DNA of 64,000 bases from an uncultured Methylomirabilota bacterium (GCA_963718295.1 CAVQYV010000010.1:31679-95678); one strand, 5' to 3'; positions 30,601-41,969 are shown, numbered from the stretch's first letter. Program-made: numbers and translations. Notes: generated from the sequence alone by a model not told the origin.

Positions 30601-30729
30601 GGATTGGGGAACGTTCTCATTTTCCTCATCCCTGTGAAATCACGACCCGCCCGTTCCGGATGGGTCGCTCTGCCATGGAGCTACTTCGCCTCGAAAAGCA
30701 AGAGAAAACACCAACGCCGGATTTCCCCT

Positions 30730-31236
30730 TCAAAATTTCAACTCCAGGCTGAAAACTATGCTTTGGTCCTGGATGAAGGGCTCATCTCTATCCGGCTTCA
30801 TGGTCTGCGTCTCTGAAGCATCTTTGGAAAACAGATCATGGATCATATCGGGGTCGATGGTTCTCGTCACCACCCCTATCTGGGTATTCAGACTGAAGGT
30901 GTATTTCTCACGCAACGTGTAGATCTCCTGGCTGTTCTGTAACCGAACGGAGTATCTGGCCTCCTGCTTCGGGTCCGCTAACGGGCCTTCGGCTTTGATT
31001 TTTTCCAGGGTGATGGATTTTATGTATTGGAAGGGAATCGTCTTGTCTTGATGATCTTGGGAAGAAACCGCGATCTCCTTCGGAGCAGAACGCAAGTATC
31101 CCTCCCATTTCCCTCCTTGGGCATCCTGCATCACCGCCAGGAGATTCGGCGTCTCCTTTGCTTCTCCAGTTTGACCCAGGACAGTTGAATGAAAGAGACA
31201 TAACATCACAGCCAATAGGAAAAGCTTCCCCCTCAT
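30730..31236 (-). CDS. Hypothetical exported protein
   Basis: AAGGAGGT RBS and signal peptide MRGKLFLLAVMLCLF; no recognised domain. Confidence 0.6.
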   Translation of the reverse strand: MRGKLFLLAVMLCLFHSTVLGQTGEAKETPNLLAVMQDAQGGKWEGYLRSAPKEIAVSSQDHQDKTIPFQYIKSITLEKIKAEGPLADPKQEARYSVRLQNSQEIYTLREKYTFSLNTQIGVVTRTIDPDMIHDLFSKDASETQTMKPDRDEPFIQDQSIVFSLELKF

Positions 31237-31365
31237 CAGAAAATTACCTCCTTCGGCCTCTGGGGCAATACACCCTGAATCCTGTGGGCCTGTCATTGAT
31301 TCAGGAGAGAAGATATCGCAACTGGTATTGGCAAGAGGCACTCTTGGGCCGGATCCCCGAGCCGG

Positions 31366-32665
31366 CTAACGCCCTCGCTCTTCCCATGTCGGCATGGGCC
31401 AGATGACCCTGGCTCTTGCAGGTCGGGCGCTCACGGGATAGAGAGGAATCTTCTCCCCCTTCTGGTTCTGGGTGATCATCCCATGGGAAAAGGTATTCTG
31501 ACCCTGCCCATCGAACTTGATGCGGCTGAGGCCGCGAATGAGGGCCGGGCAGAAGACTTTGCCACCTGACTTTCTTTCGATTCGTTTGCAGCCCTTGGCC
31601 GTGATGTCAGTGGCCGCTATGGCATCCCGAATCTTGTCCCGGTTGCTCGATCCGGCGCGCTCCAGAATGTCTTTCACCAGGTACATCGAAGCGTATCCGA
31701 CGGCGGTATAGGCGTTGAGTCCATAGCCCAGCCTGGCCCTGACCTTCTCGTTGAGTTCCGGGTACCAGGGTTTTTGGGACGCCGCGATGTCCCAGTCGTC
31801 CTGCACGAACATATACTCTACTGCCTTCTGCGGGACCGCCTTGTAGAAAGCTGGATCCTCCGTCCCCGCTCCCACGGACCAGAGTCCATAAGGCAAGTAG
31901 AGCTTCTGTTCCATCTGTTGCTTGTTGAACAGGATATGATCGGGGGTATAGGAGGCGACGAGGAGGAGATCCGGCTTGGCTGCCTTGATCTTCAGGATCT
32001 GAGGGGTGAAGTCGGCAATTCCCGACACATAGGATTCCTCTAAGGCCAGCTTGCAGCCCATCTCCGGAAAGAACTTCTTGGCAAATTGGGCCGAGGAGCG
32101 GCCCCAGTCCGTCCCCTCGTAAAGCAGTGCGAAAGTCTTGGGCTTCTTCCCCGTTTCCTCCGAGAACTGCTTCGCGGCGGAATACATCTCTTTCAGGTCG
32201 TAGCTGGCCTTGTTGCAAACCCGGAAGACATACTTGAAGCCCCGCTCCGTGATCTCATCCTTGACCGCCTGGTTCACAATCCAGGGGCATTTGTACCTTT
32301 CGGCGATCTCGGTGGAGGGGAAGGTAACCCCGCTCTGGTAAGAGCCCAGGAGGATGGAGACCTTCTCCCGGGTGATCAGACGTTCCGTTTCGGCGGCCCC
32401 ACCATCCGGAGTGCTCTTGCTATCGCCGAACACCAATCTGATCTTGGCTCCGCCCATGGAAGAGATCCCGCCTGCCGCATTGATCTCCTCTACGGCGATT
32501 TCATCTCCCGTCCGGATCTGTAATCCCCCGGTGGCAGCTATGCCCGACAAGAGGGAGGATTTCGCCAATGACCACTTCTTCAGCAGCCCTGGCGATAGCC
32601 GGACCCAAGGGCATCAGGCACACCACGAAGACAAACGCCAAAAGCAGATAGGCTGATTCTCTCAT
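31366..32665 (-). CDS. LivJ-type ABC substrate-binding protein; probable indel near 32552
   Basis: Signal peptide from ATG 32665 (…EEVVIGEILPL) joins LSGIAATG…AVEEINAAGGI if one base is removed. No permease genes adjacent. Confidence 0.85.
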
Positions 32666-32690
32666 ATTCCTCTCCTCTTGTGGCAGTCAG

Positions 32691-32714
32691 GGGGTCAAGT
32701 CTTGCTTATTGACA
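32691..32714 (-). repeat. Family A repeat (inverted orientation)
   Basis: GGGGTCAAGTCTTGCTTATTGACA, the reverse complement of TGTCAATAAGCAAGACTTGACCCC. Confidence 0.7.
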
Positions 32715-32806
32715 ATCCTTGGAGTGCCGGGAACCATCCAAGAGTGGTAGAGGCAAGGCAATTCCTGCCGTCCGCGGTCCCTCCTGACGATGAAGGTTGC
32801 ATGCGT

Positions 32807-33913
32807 TCAGTGCTTGTCTTCGAAAAGCTTCAAGTACTGCCCGTAACCTTCCTTCACCAAATCCTCTTGGGGAATGAACCTCAGGGCCGCAGAATTCATG
32901 CAATAGCGCAGCCCTGTGGGCCGTGGCCCATCGGGAAAGACATGGCCGAGGTGGGAGTCCCCATACTTGCTTCTCACTTCGGTACGGGTCAAAAGGTGGC
33001 TTACATCTTCCTTCTCCACAATGTGGCCCGGCTCCAGAGGGCGGGTGAAACTCGGCCATCCTGTTCCGGAGTCATATTTGTCCAGGGAGCTGAATAGAGG
33101 TTCTCCAGACACGATATCGACAAAGATCCCCTCCCTCTTGTCGTCCCAGTATTCATTTTGAAATGGGGATTCCGTGCCCATCCTTTGAGTAACCTCATAC
33201 TGGAGAGGCGTCAGCTGACTCTTCAGGATTGCGTCATCCGGTTTCTGATAGGTCTTCTCCCCCCTGGTGGTCGATCCCCCGCTCCCCCTACCCCAGAATT
33301 CATCCAGGAAGTGGTCGCGCCCCGATCCGTCTCTATAGGATTTGTATCGAAGAGGGCTCTTCCGGTGGAAGTCCTGATGATAGTCCTCTGCTTCGTAGAA
33401 TGCGGTCAAGGGCCTGATTTCCGTAGCCACGGGCCTTGGCAAGTGTCCAGACCTGTTCAGTGCTTCCCTGGATTGTTCCGCCAGCCGCCTTTGTTCATCG
33501 TCGTGATAGAAGATGGCAGTCCGATATTGAGGTCCGCGATCCACGAATTGCCCCTCGGGATCCATAGGATTGATATGCAGCCAGAATGCCTGGAGCAGAT
33601 CTTCATAGCTGATCCGAGATGGATCGTAATGGACCTGAATCGCCTCCCAATGACCCGTCTTCCCGGATGAAACCTCTTCGTAGGTAGGATTCTCCTTTTG
33701 CCCTCCCGTATAGCCTGAAACCACCTTGAGGACGCCAGGCAATTTCTCGAAGTCGGCCTCCGTGCACCAAAAACAGCCACCAGCAAATGTGGCCTTACGA
33801 ATCGTCGCACTCTCCCCCCTGTCCATCTCAATGCTCCCATCCAGGCCCTGACCCGATCCTTGGCAACTTCCAATCGTCAGAGCCAGCATAGATATGAAAA
33901 AGAGCCTCTTCAC
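32807..33913 (-). CDS. msrAB: Bifunctional methionine sulfoxide reductase MsrA/MsrB, lipoprotein
   Basis: GCFWC (MsrA); [17 protein letters not shown] and RYCMNS (MsrB); GTG start with lipobox-like IGSC. Confidence 0.95.
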   Translation of the reverse strand: MKRLFFISMLALTIGSCQGSGQGLDGSIEMDRGESATIRKATFAGGCFWCTEADFEKLPGVLKVVSGYTGGQKENPTYEEVSSGKTGHWEAIQVHYDPSRISYEDLLQAFWLHINPMDPEGQFVDRGPQYRTAIFYHDDEQRRLAEQSREALNRSGHLPRPVATEIRPLTAFYEAEDYHQDFHRKSPLRYKSYRDGSGRDHFLDEFWGRGSGGSTTRGEKTYQKPDDAILKSQLTPLQYEVTQRMGTESPFQNEYWDDKREGIFVDIVSGEPLFSSLDKYDSGTGWPSFTRPLEPGHIVEKEDVSHLLTRTEVRSKYGDSHLGHVFPDGPRPTGLRYCMNSAALRFIPQEDLVKEGYGQYLKLFEDKH

Positions 33914-34167
33914 GCAACCTCTCCCTCCCCTTGTCCTTTTCATGGTTTGAACCTGTCCCCAAAGGTGTTCCGCATGATGGTTTCTCGTGCTCCTGTCTCT
34001 TAGATGAATGGGGCCAGCACGCGATTCTTCGCAGCCAGTTGGGACAAGATGGCAGCAACCGGGAGGAGGCGGGCGTTGGCTCATGGCAGGCTGTTGAAAA
34101 ACAGGGCAAAAAGGCGGCAGGGCGTGGAACTGAGTGTCGCAGATCAGGAGCCGCTTTTCGGCATTCC

Positions 34168-35019
34168 CTATCTTTTCTCACTGATCATGCGACTGATGGT
34201 AGAATAATGAAGACCCAGGTGATCAGCGACCTCCCTCTGACTATACCCATATTTCTCCACCGCCTTCCTGGTCTGGTCGTCCCTTCTTTTCTTCTCTGCC
34301 AAAATCTCCCTTGAGAACAGATCCTTCAGGTTCGGTCGGCCGAGATACCTCTGCTCCTTCGGGATCTTCCTTGCCTTCTCGGGTTTTTCCAGATGGCCCA
34401 GGATGCGATCGACGAAGTCCTCCTGACCGAGGAGACTCTGGCCTTTCACCTGATCCCAGATCGATTGTTCGCCGATCCCTTCTCGAACGAATTCCCTGTA
34501 CCCCTTCTGGGAGGAAGTCCGCTTGGACCCGAAGCGTCCCAAGACCTCCTCCAGGGTCAGGCAGAGATGGGGCTTCTCCCGGCCCGCGGCCGCCCGATAG
34601 CTGCTCCATCGCCATTCACTGGGGTCTTGGGCCAGCATGGCCCTTACCGGATTCAGCACCACATAACGGCAGGCCTCCAAGAAGTGGCTCTCCTTTTGTA
34701 CCAGGATGGCCTTGTATCGGCCCTGAAAGAGATGTCCCACACTTTGATGCCTCTGGTTGAAATGCTGGGTGTAGACCCCATTGAGCTGCCTCATTCCGAG
34801 GGAAAGATTCCCCTCCGGGGTCTCGGTGATCAAGTGATAGTGATTGTCCATCAGGCAGTAGGCGTGACAGAGCCAATGGTACCGTTGATTGACCTTGCTG
34901 AGGAGATTCAGAAAGGCCACGCGATCCTGGTTGTCCCGGAAGATAGGATTCTTGGCATTTCCGCGAGAGGTAAGATGGTAGAGGGCTCCCTCGTACTGGA
35001 TCCGCAAAGGTCTGGCCAT
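34168..35019 (-). mobile_element. Y1 HUH transposase (RAYT-like) with C-terminal HTH
   Basis: MARPLR...YHLTSRGN, YCLMDNHYHL (HUH), GHLFQGRY, YVVLNPVRA, WRWSSY; C-terminal SQREVADHLGLHYSTISR. Confidence 0.9.
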
Positions 35020-35042
35020 ACCAGAATGTTATCTCATCCTGG

Positions 35043-35072
35043 GGCGGATGTCAATAGTAAAGACCTGACCCC
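35043..35072 (+). repeat. Family A repeat; contains the -35 box of the putative transposase promoter
   Basis: GGCGGATGTCAATAGTAAAGACCTGACCCC; the minus strand reads TTGACA-17 nt-TAACAT-6 nt-ATG. Confidence 0.8.
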
Positions 35073-36173
35073 TTACCTTAGCGGCAGATGGGCCTTTTCC
35101 AGGATGGAGGTCAAGGTGATGAGATTCTCGTTGGAGACAGGGTTCTCGCTGGACATCGCTATAGCGACCCTGTTGCCAGGGATGGCTTCCCGGAGGAGAC
35201 TCGAGGCGCGCTCTCTCGTCGCCTGCGGCCCCAATTGATACACGGCATCAGGGAAGCCAATCCAGATGGCCTTGTCCTTCCACAGAGAGAGTGCCTCATC
35301 GAGGAGGAGATCCCCCATCGGGAGTGGGTGGAATCCCTCGATGATATCTATGGGGGTCTTGGGGATCAGCTCTTTCAGGACGGCCAGCCTGCCATCCATA
35401 TGAACGGCCATGAGTTTGCCGTGCTGGTGTAACACCCTCGCCTGCTTCTCGTACTCGGGCATGAAGTACTTCTCGAAGATTCTCGGGCCAACGAGAGCCC
35501 CGTCAACGTTGTCCCCGCACATGGAGATGGGTGCCGGCGACTTTGCGGCTATCTCGTACAAGGGCTCCCGACTCTTGGAGGTGGCACGCAGCAGGCCTTC
35601 CACCAGATCCGGGTAGTCAGCCAAGTGGAAGAAAAACCGTCCCCCCTCGCTCCCGACCCAGTAGATCAGCATCATCTGCAAAGGGGAATGGGGCAGATTA
35701 TCCAGCACCACCCCTTCATCTCCGAGCCAGTCCATAGCCTGTTCAACGGGGAAGTAGTCGGCCAGATACTCCGTGTTCTCTACGATATGCTGGACCACCT
35801 CATAATCCTCGGGTCCCTTGATCAAGTGGGAGGTCAGCCAGGGAGTCACCCCTCGCCAACTGCGGTTGGCGTGCCACTGACCCACACCAGGCTCTCGCCA
35901 CTCCTCTTCGTAGACGCTGCCCACGGGGGTCGAGTAGGTGCGACGGATGACACTTTTCCCCTCCACCACAGCAGGAGTCTCGGTGATCTGAACCGCGTGC
36001 AGTCGGGTCACGTATGGGGGCCGAAGCCAGTTCATGCCCATCCCTCGGTTCCGACATTCCCTTTCCGCCCAACCGGTCTGGCAGTGTCTCCAATAGTGGT
36101 AAAAGGGCAGCTTGTCGGCTTGCTGCCTGAGGGCAGACGCCATGATCCTTTCGCGACGGGTCATCTCGGCCAA
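35073..36173 (-). CDS. Uroporphyrinogen decarboxylase/MtaA-CmuA superfamily protein
   Basis: MTRRERIMA, GDNVDG...FEKYFMPEY and HMDG motifs. Confidence 0.75.
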   Translation of the reverse strand: MAEMTRRERIMASALRQQADKLPFYHYWRHCQTGWAERECRNRGMGMNWLRPPYVTRLHAVQITETPAVVEGKSVIRRTYSTPVGSVYEEEWREPGVGQWHANRSWRGVTPWLTSHLIKGPEDYEVVQHIVENTEYLADYFPVEQAMDWLGDEGVVLDNLPHSPLQMMLIYWVGSEGGRFFFHLADYPDLVEGLLRATSKSREPLYEIAAKSPAPISMCGDNVDGALVGPRIFEKYFMPEYEKQARVLHQHGKLMAVHMDGRLAVLKELIPKTPIDIIEGFHPLPMGDLLLDEALSLWKDKAIWIGFPDAVYQLGPQATRERASSLLREAIPGNRVAIAMSSENPVSNENLITLTSILEKAHLPLR

Positions 36174-36458
36174 GAGATATCCTCCTCTTCTGTAAAGCGT
36201 GGACGGAACGATGGGAATTTGCTTTTGGGTCGGGTCGGGGTCCGGGATCCGTTCAGGCTGTGATCCCCCCTTTTACCCCGGATATTTCTATACCAGCATC
36301 CGCAGAAGAGTCAATGGAAAAGGAATCGAGGGAATGGGATGCCGGAACTGAAGAGGCCGCCTTTCCCTGATAATTGAGGCTGGATGAAGATATCCGGCCG
36401 GGAAAGACGGGAAAGATGAAAAAGCTCTTGAGAAAATTGGCCGAACGTATTATGAGTA

Positions 36459-36474
36459 TACCGGCCAGACGGTA
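36459..36474. promoter_or_regulatory. Putative TetR operator
   Basis: Inverted repeat TACCG-GCCAGA-CGGTA just upstream of tetR. Confidence 0.55.
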
Positions 36475-36531
36475 CAAATGCCAGGAAATGCCAATAGGGT
36501 TGAATCAAGATTGAACGAGGGAGTGTGTTCC

Positions 36532-37134
36532 ATGTGTTCACTGCCGAATTCCCAGGATGCCATTGTCGATGCCGCCGAGGCCGTGGTGCTCGAGGGCGGC
36601 GCCGCCCACATGACGCTTCACGCCGTGGCTGCGAAAGCGGGCGTAAGCAAGGGGGGTTTGCTATACCACTTCCCGACGAAAGAAACGCTCCTGAAGGCAA
36701 TGCTGGATCGACGCGTGCAACGTTACGAGGAATCGCGCAAAAGGAAATACGCAGAACTCCCAGCGGAGCCGGCCCGCGAAGTCAAGGCTTACGTCCTCTC
36801 AACCTTGGATCGCGACCGCAAGACGGACCGCATCGGTGCCGCCATCCTGGCTGCCGTCGCACATGATCCCAGCCTGCTGGAGCCTATACGCGACGACTAC
36901 CAGAGGCGCCTGGCCAAGCTGGCACCATCCGGCATCAGGTATGAGCGAGCGGCGGTCATTGCCCTCGCAGCAGATGGCCTGCGACTTCTGGAGATTCTGT
37001 CTCTCTCCCCGCTGGAGGACAGGCAACGGAAACAGGTGATTGAGGAATTGCTCAGGCTCGCTGAAGAAGAAAGTCAAAATGCCGCAAAATGCAAACATTC
37101 GGGAAGGAAGATCCTCCGGAGGAAAAGCGGGTAA
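36532..37134 (+). CDS. TetR/AcrR family regulator
   Basis: TLHAVAAKAGVSKGGLLYHFPTKE motif. Confidence 0.93.
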   Translation: MCSLPNSQDAIVDAAEAVVLEGGAAHMTLHAVAAKAGVSKGGLLYHFPTKETLLKAMLDRRVQRYEESRKRKYAELPAEPAREVKAYVLSTLDRDRKTDRIGAAILAAVAHDPSLLEPIRDDYQRRLAKLAPSGIRYERAAVIALAADGLRLLEILSLSPLEDRQRKQVIEELLRLAEEESQNAAKCKHSGRKILRRKSG

Positions 37135-37241
37135 GGCATGGGTGAATGCGTCTCATTGCTCCAGAGAAGACAACGCATTTCCAATGGGCCTTTTGCATCG
37201 CCAAGGGAAAGCGCGCAGACAGGAACAAGGAGGAGCCTGGA

Positions 37242-38618
37242 ATGACATGGAAAGCATGGACGAATAGGAGGCCACGGTTCTGTTCTGTGAGCACCCTCAT
37301 AGGGATGGCCTTTGGCTTAACGCTCCTTCTTCTGTCTGGATGCGAAAAGGGACGAGGACAACAAGCACCGTCCGCCCCAACCGTAGAGGTGATGGAGGTG
37401 ATTCAGAAGGATGTTCCGGTCTATTCTGAATGGATCGGCTCAACGGATGGCTCTGTAAACGCCACGATCCGCGCGCAGGTCCAAGGGTATCTGATCAAGC
37501 AGCTTTACCGGGAAGGAGATCTGGTCAGGAAGGGGCAAATTCTCTTCGAGATCGACCCTCGGCCCTTTCAGGCTGCACTGGACCAGGCCAAGGCGGAATG
37601 CGACCAGGCAAAGGCTTCTATGGATAGGGCAAAGGCCAGTTTGGACCAGGCAAAGGCGGATGTGGCTCGGATGGAAGCGCAGTATGCGACCGCCAAGGCC
37701 AACCTGAGGCGAATCAAAGATCTTGTCGAACAGGATCTCATGAGCCAGAAAGACCTCGATGAAGCCGTCGGCACCGAGCAGTCGGGGGGGGCCTCGGTCA
37801 GTGCAGCCCAGGCCGCCGCCAGTGCAGCCCAGGCCTCGATTTCTGCGGTCCAGGCCTCGGTCAGTGGGGCCCAGGCCGCATTGGAGAGGACCCGGCTCAG
37901 CTTGGGTTTCACGAAAATCATGTCGCCCGTCGACGGCATCGCGGGCATTGCCAAAGCGCAGATCGGAAATCTTGTCGGCCCTGGATCCGTGGAGGAACTG
38001 ACAACCGTTTCCAACGTGAATCCCATCAAAGTCTACGTCCCCATGAGCGAGCAGGAGTATATGAGGGACGGGCAGAACGTTGGGGCGCGCACTCAGCAGG
38101 TACTCGCGCTGATCCTTGCTGATGGCAGCGTTCATCCTCACAAGGGCACGTTTGCCTTTGCAGACCGCGAGGTGGATGTGAGGACCGGCACGATCAAGGT
38201 CGCCGCCCTCTTCCCCAACCCGGGAAATCTCCTCCGGCCCGGACAATTCGCCCGGGTCCGTGCCCAGACCAGGATCAAGAAAGGGGCACTGCTGGCGCCC
38301 CAGCGGGCGGTCATGGAACTCCAGGGAAGCTACCAGGTGGCAGTGGTGGGCTCGGACAACAAGGTCGAAATACGGCCGGTGAAAGTGGCCGAGCGCGTCG
38401 ATACTCTCTGGGTGATCGAGGAGGGGTTGAAGCCAGGGGAGAGGGTGGTAGTGGAAGGGGTCCAGAAAGTCAGACAGGGGATGAATGTAAATCCGAAGCC
38501 CTTTGGCGGCGAACCTGGCGCCAGGCCGGAGATCAAGCCCCAAACCAAGCCAGAGGCGCCTGCCAAGCCTGAGCCGGAAGAAAAAACCGCAGCGCCAGCA
38601 AAAACCGAGAAAAGGTAA
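37242..38618 (+). CDS. RND membrane fusion protein (AcrA-like)
   Basis: Lipobox LSGC; IRAQVQGYL and LRPGQFARV motifs. Confidence 0.92.
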   Translation: MTWKAWTNRRPRFCSVSTLIGMAFGLTLLLLSGCEKGRGQQAPSAPTVEVMEVIQKDVPVYSEWIGSTDGSVNATIRAQVQGYLIKQLYREGDLVRKGQILFEIDPRPFQAALDQAKAECDQAKASMDRAKASLDQAKADVARMEAQYATAKANLRRIKDLVEQDLMSQKDLDEAVGTEQSGGASVSAAQAAASAAQASISAVQASVSGAQAALERTRLSLGFTKIMSPVDGIAGIAKAQIGNLVGPGSVEELTTVSNVNPIKVYVPMSEQEYMRDGQNVGARTQQVLALILADGSVHPHKGTFAFADREVDVRTGTIKVAALFPNPGNLLRPGQFARVRAQTRIKKGALLAPQRAVMELQGSYQVAVVGSDNKVEIRPVKVAERVDTLWVIEEGLKPGERVVVEGVQKVRQGMNVNPKPFGGEPGARPEIKPQTKPEAPAKPEPEEKTAAPAKTEKR

Positions 38619-38624
38619 GCTGCC

Positions 38625-41600
38625 ATGTCAAGGTTCTTTATCGATCGTCCCATCGTGGCCATGGTCATCTCCATCATCTTCGTCATCTTGGGCCTCGTGG
38701 CCTTGGTGGGATTGCCGGTGTCTCAGTTCCCGGAGATCATCCCCCCGGAGATCCAGCTCCAGACTGCCTATGTCGGTGCGGACGCAGAAACGTTGGAGCA
38801 GGCCGTCGCCATCCCCCTGGAGCAACAGATGAGCGGCGTCGATAATATGAACTACATGTATTCCATAAACGCCAATAATGGCGTGATGAGGATGTTCGTC
38901 AACTTCGACGTGAAAAGCAATCCAAACACGGACCATGTCCTCACCGTGATCAGACAGAATCAGGCCCAATCCCAGTTTCCTCTGGATGTCCGCAATTATG
39001 GTTTCACCATCCAGAAATCTCGATCCTCCGTGTTGATCCTATTTGCCCTCACCTCGCCTCATGGGACCTACGATGGCGAGTTCCTCTCCAACTACGCCAT
39101 CATCAACCTCATAGACCCACTTCTGCGCGTGCCCGGCATTGCCATGGTGAATGTCTTTGGTGCGGGCCAGTATGCGATGCGGATCTGGGTGAGGCCCGAT
39201 ACGCTGGCCAAGCTCGGCATCACCGTCGCCGAAATCGTCAGTGCCGTCCAGAAGCAAAATGCGGTCAATCCGTCTGGACAGCTCAGCGGAGAGCCGGCCC
39301 CCCCAGGGCAGGAATTCACCTACGCGGTCCGCACCCAAGGCCGCCTCATCACGAATGAGGAGTTCGGCCAGATCGTTGTTCGTGCTCAACCCGACGGATC
39401 GATCGTTCGCTTAAGGGACGTGGCTCGGATCGAGTTGGGGGCGCAGGCCTACAGCATCAGGGATCGGCTGGACAGCCAACCTGCTGCGGGGATGGCGATC
39501 TACCAGTTGCCGGGCTCCAATGCCATTGCCACAGCCAAAGCCGCTAGGAAAGTGATGGAGGAGGCCAAGAAGCGATTCCCGGCCGATATGGACTACGGGG
39601 ACGTCCTCGACACCACCCGGAGCGTCACGGAGGGGATCAACGAGATCACCAAGACCCTCTTTCAAGCCTTGTTACTCGTGATCCTGGTCGTATTCCTCTT
39701 TTTGCAGAACTGGAGGGCAACCCTCATCCCCGCCCTGGCAGTCCCCGTCTCCCTCATCGGCACCTTTGCTGTCTTCCCGCTTCTCGGATTCTCGATCAAT
39801 ACCCTGTCCCTCTTTGGCCTGGTTCTGGCCATAGGCCTGGTCGTTGACGATGCCATCGTGGTGGTGGAGGCGGTCGAACGCCATATCGAGGAAGGCATGT
39901 CCCCCAAGCAGGCGGCGTTCCAGGCCATGGAAGAAGTTTCGGGGCCGGTGGTGGCCATTGCCTTGATCCTCTCGGCCGTATTCGTTCCCACGATCTTCGT
40001 TCCGGGCATCACCGGCAGGCTCTACCAACAATTTGCCGTGACGGTAGCCATCTCAGTCCTCATCTCGGCCTTTAACGCTCTCAGCCTCAGTCCTGCGCTT
40101 TGTGCCCTCCTCCTCAAGCCAAGACAGGAAGCACGTGGACCGCTGGCCCCCTTTTTTAGGGGGTTCAACCGCCTCTTCAAGAGGGCCTCTAACGGCTATC
40201 TTGGCGTGTGTGGCACTCTGATTCGCAAAAGTGTCTTCAGCCTCCTATTCCTGTTGGGAATCGCGATCTTTGCGGGACTGATCGGCAAAGGAATCCCCAA
40301 GGAGTTCCTGCCGGAAGAAGATCAAGGTTACCTTTTCGTGAATGTCTCCTTGCCCGATGCCGCCTCGCTGCAGCGCACCGACGATGTCTGCAGACAAATT
40401 GACGAGATCGTCAAGAACACCCCCGGCGTTGAACACTACCTGACGGTCGTTGGCATCAGCTTGCTGAGCATTGCTCAGAATACATACAACGGGTTCTATT
40501 TTGCGCCCTTGAAGCACTGGAAAGACCGGAAGAAGCCCGAGGAGAAATACCAGGCCATCATGGCCCATCTGAACCGGGAACTCGCTAAATTGCCACAAGC
40601 CATCGCCTTTTGCTTTCCTCCCCCTGCCATTCCGGGCATCGGAACGGCCGGAGGCGTCACGATGGTCCTCGAGGACCGAGCGGGTAAGGACATCCCCTTC
40701 CTCGCGCAGAATGTCAATAAGTTCATCGAGGAGGCGCGCAAGAGGCCGGAGCTCTCGCGCGTGACGACCACCTTTCTCCCCTCCGTGCCCCAAGTTTACG
40801 TCAACGTAGATCGGGACAAAGTGCTCAAGCAAGGCATCGATCTCGCAGAGGTCTATCAAACTCTTCAGGCCTTCATGGGAGGAACCTTCGTCAATTACTT
40901 CAATCGCTTCGGTCGGCAGTGGCAGGTCTACGTTCAGGCGGAGGGAGAATTCCGTACCAAGGCAGAGAACGTGGGGCAGTTCTATGTGCGCAATAATAGG
41001 GGTAATCCTGTGCCCCTTTCATCGGTGACCAGCATTGAGTCCCGTGTCGGTCCTGAATTTACGATGCGATACAATCTGTATCGGTGCGCCCAGATCAATG
41101 CCATGGCCAAGCCCGGCTTCAGCTCCGCGCAGGCCATGAAGGCGCTCGAAGAGGTCTTTGCCCAGAAGATGCCGAAAGAGATGGGTTACGACTACCTCGG
41201 CATGAGTTTCCAGGAGAAAAAGGCTCAGGAAGGGATATCGGCGTGGGTCATCTTCGGGTTCTCCCTGCTATGCGTTTTCCTCATCCTCGCCGCCCTGTAT
41301 GAGAGCTGGTCGCTGCCCCTCAGCGTCTTGCTCGTAACCCCCGTCGCCGTCTTTGGGGCCTTGGCCGCGATCTGGCTGCGCGGCCAGGCCAGCAACGTCT
41401 ATGCCCAGATCGGCCTCATCGTGCTCATTGGTCTCTCGGCGAAGAATGCCATCCTGATCGTCGAGTTTGCCAAGAAGCGGCACGAGTTGGGGAAGTCCCT
41501 TACTGATGCCGCCCTGGAAGGGGGCCGTTTGCGTCTGAGGCCCATCCTCATGACCTCGTTTGCCTTCATCTTTGGGGTCATGCCCCTTGCCTTTTCTACC

Positions 41601-41777
41601 GGGGCCGGGGCGGTGGCGCGACAGATCATGGGCACTGCCGTCATGGGCGGCACTGCTGCTGCATCGCTGATCGCCATCTTCCTCATCCCCGTGACCTTTT
41701 ACGTGGTCGGAAAACTCTCTCGTCGTGGCAGGCAAGAAGAACAACAGACGAAAAAAGGGCGGAAAAGCCACGAGTAA
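38625..41777 (+). CDS. RND efflux permease (HAE1, AcrB-like)
   Basis: MSRFFIDRPI, GLVVDDAIVVVE, KNAILIVEFA and RLRPILMTS motifs. Confidence 0.95.
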   Translation: MSRFFIDRPIVAMVISIIFVILGLVALVGLPVSQFPEIIPPEIQLQTAYVGADAETLEQAVAIPLEQQMSGVDNMNYMYSINANNGVMRMFVNFDVKSNPNTDHVLTVIRQNQAQSQFPLDVRNYGFTIQKSRSSVLILFALTSPHGTYDGEFLSNYAIINLIDPLLRVPGIAMVNVFGAGQYAMRIWVRPDTLAKLGITVAEIVSAVQKQNAVNPSGQLSGEPAPPGQEFTYAVRTQGRLITNEEFGQIVVRAQPDGSIVRLRDVARIELGAQAYSIRDRLDSQPAAGMAIYQLPGSNAIATAKAARKVMEEAKKRFPADMDYGDVLDTTRSVTEGINEITKTLFQALLLVILVVFLFLQNWRATLIPALAVPVSLIGTFAVFPLLGFSINTLSLFGLVLAIGLVVDDAIVVVEAVERHIEEGMSPKQAAFQAMEEVSGPVVAIALILSAVFVPTIFVPGITGRLYQQFAVTVAISVLISAFNALSLSPALCALLLKPRQEARGPLAPFFRGFNRLFKRASNGYLGVCGTLIRKSVFSLLFLLGIAIFAGLIGKGIPKEFLPEEDQGYLFVNVSLPDAASLQRTDDVCRQIDEIVKNTPGVEHYLTVVGISLLSIAQNTYNGFYFAPLKHWKDRKKPEEKYQAIMAHLNRELAKLPQAIAFCFPPPAIPGIGTAGGVTMVLEDRAGKDIPFLAQNVNKFIEEARKRPELSRVTTTFLPSVPQVYVNVDRDKVLKQGIDLAEVYQTLQAFMGGTFVNYFNRFGRQWQVYVQAEGEFRTKAENVGQFYVRNNRGNPVPLSSVTSIESRVGPEFTMRYNLYRCAQINAMAKPGFSSAQAMKALEEVFAQKMPKEMGYDYLGMSFQEKKAQEGISAWVIFGFSLLCVFLILAALYESWSLPLSVLLVTPVAVFGALAAIWLRGQASNVYAQIGLIVLIGLSAKNAILIVEFAKKRHELGKSLTDAALEGGRLRLRPILMTSFAFIFGVMPLAFSTGAGAVARQIMGTAVMGGTAAASLIAIFLIPVTFYVVGKLSRRGRQEEQQTKKGRKSHE

Positions 41778-41969
41778 CGTTATCGGGGAAGCACTGGAAA
41801 AGGGGATCGCCCGCTAAGTTCGGACAAGGACGAGGGGGGTTATTCTCACGGCAACCAAAGGCGAAACAGGATCTCGGCTTTCCTGCCTGCGATGACCGAC
41901 TGGTTTGGGATGTATGGATGTCTTCCTATCATTCAACATAACAGGGAACCCATCGATGAGGAGGATAAC

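Noticed and set aside
34087-34102. CAGGCTGTTGAAAAAC as an IS terminal repeat
   Set aside because: No partner copy or matching DDE transposase seen in the window.
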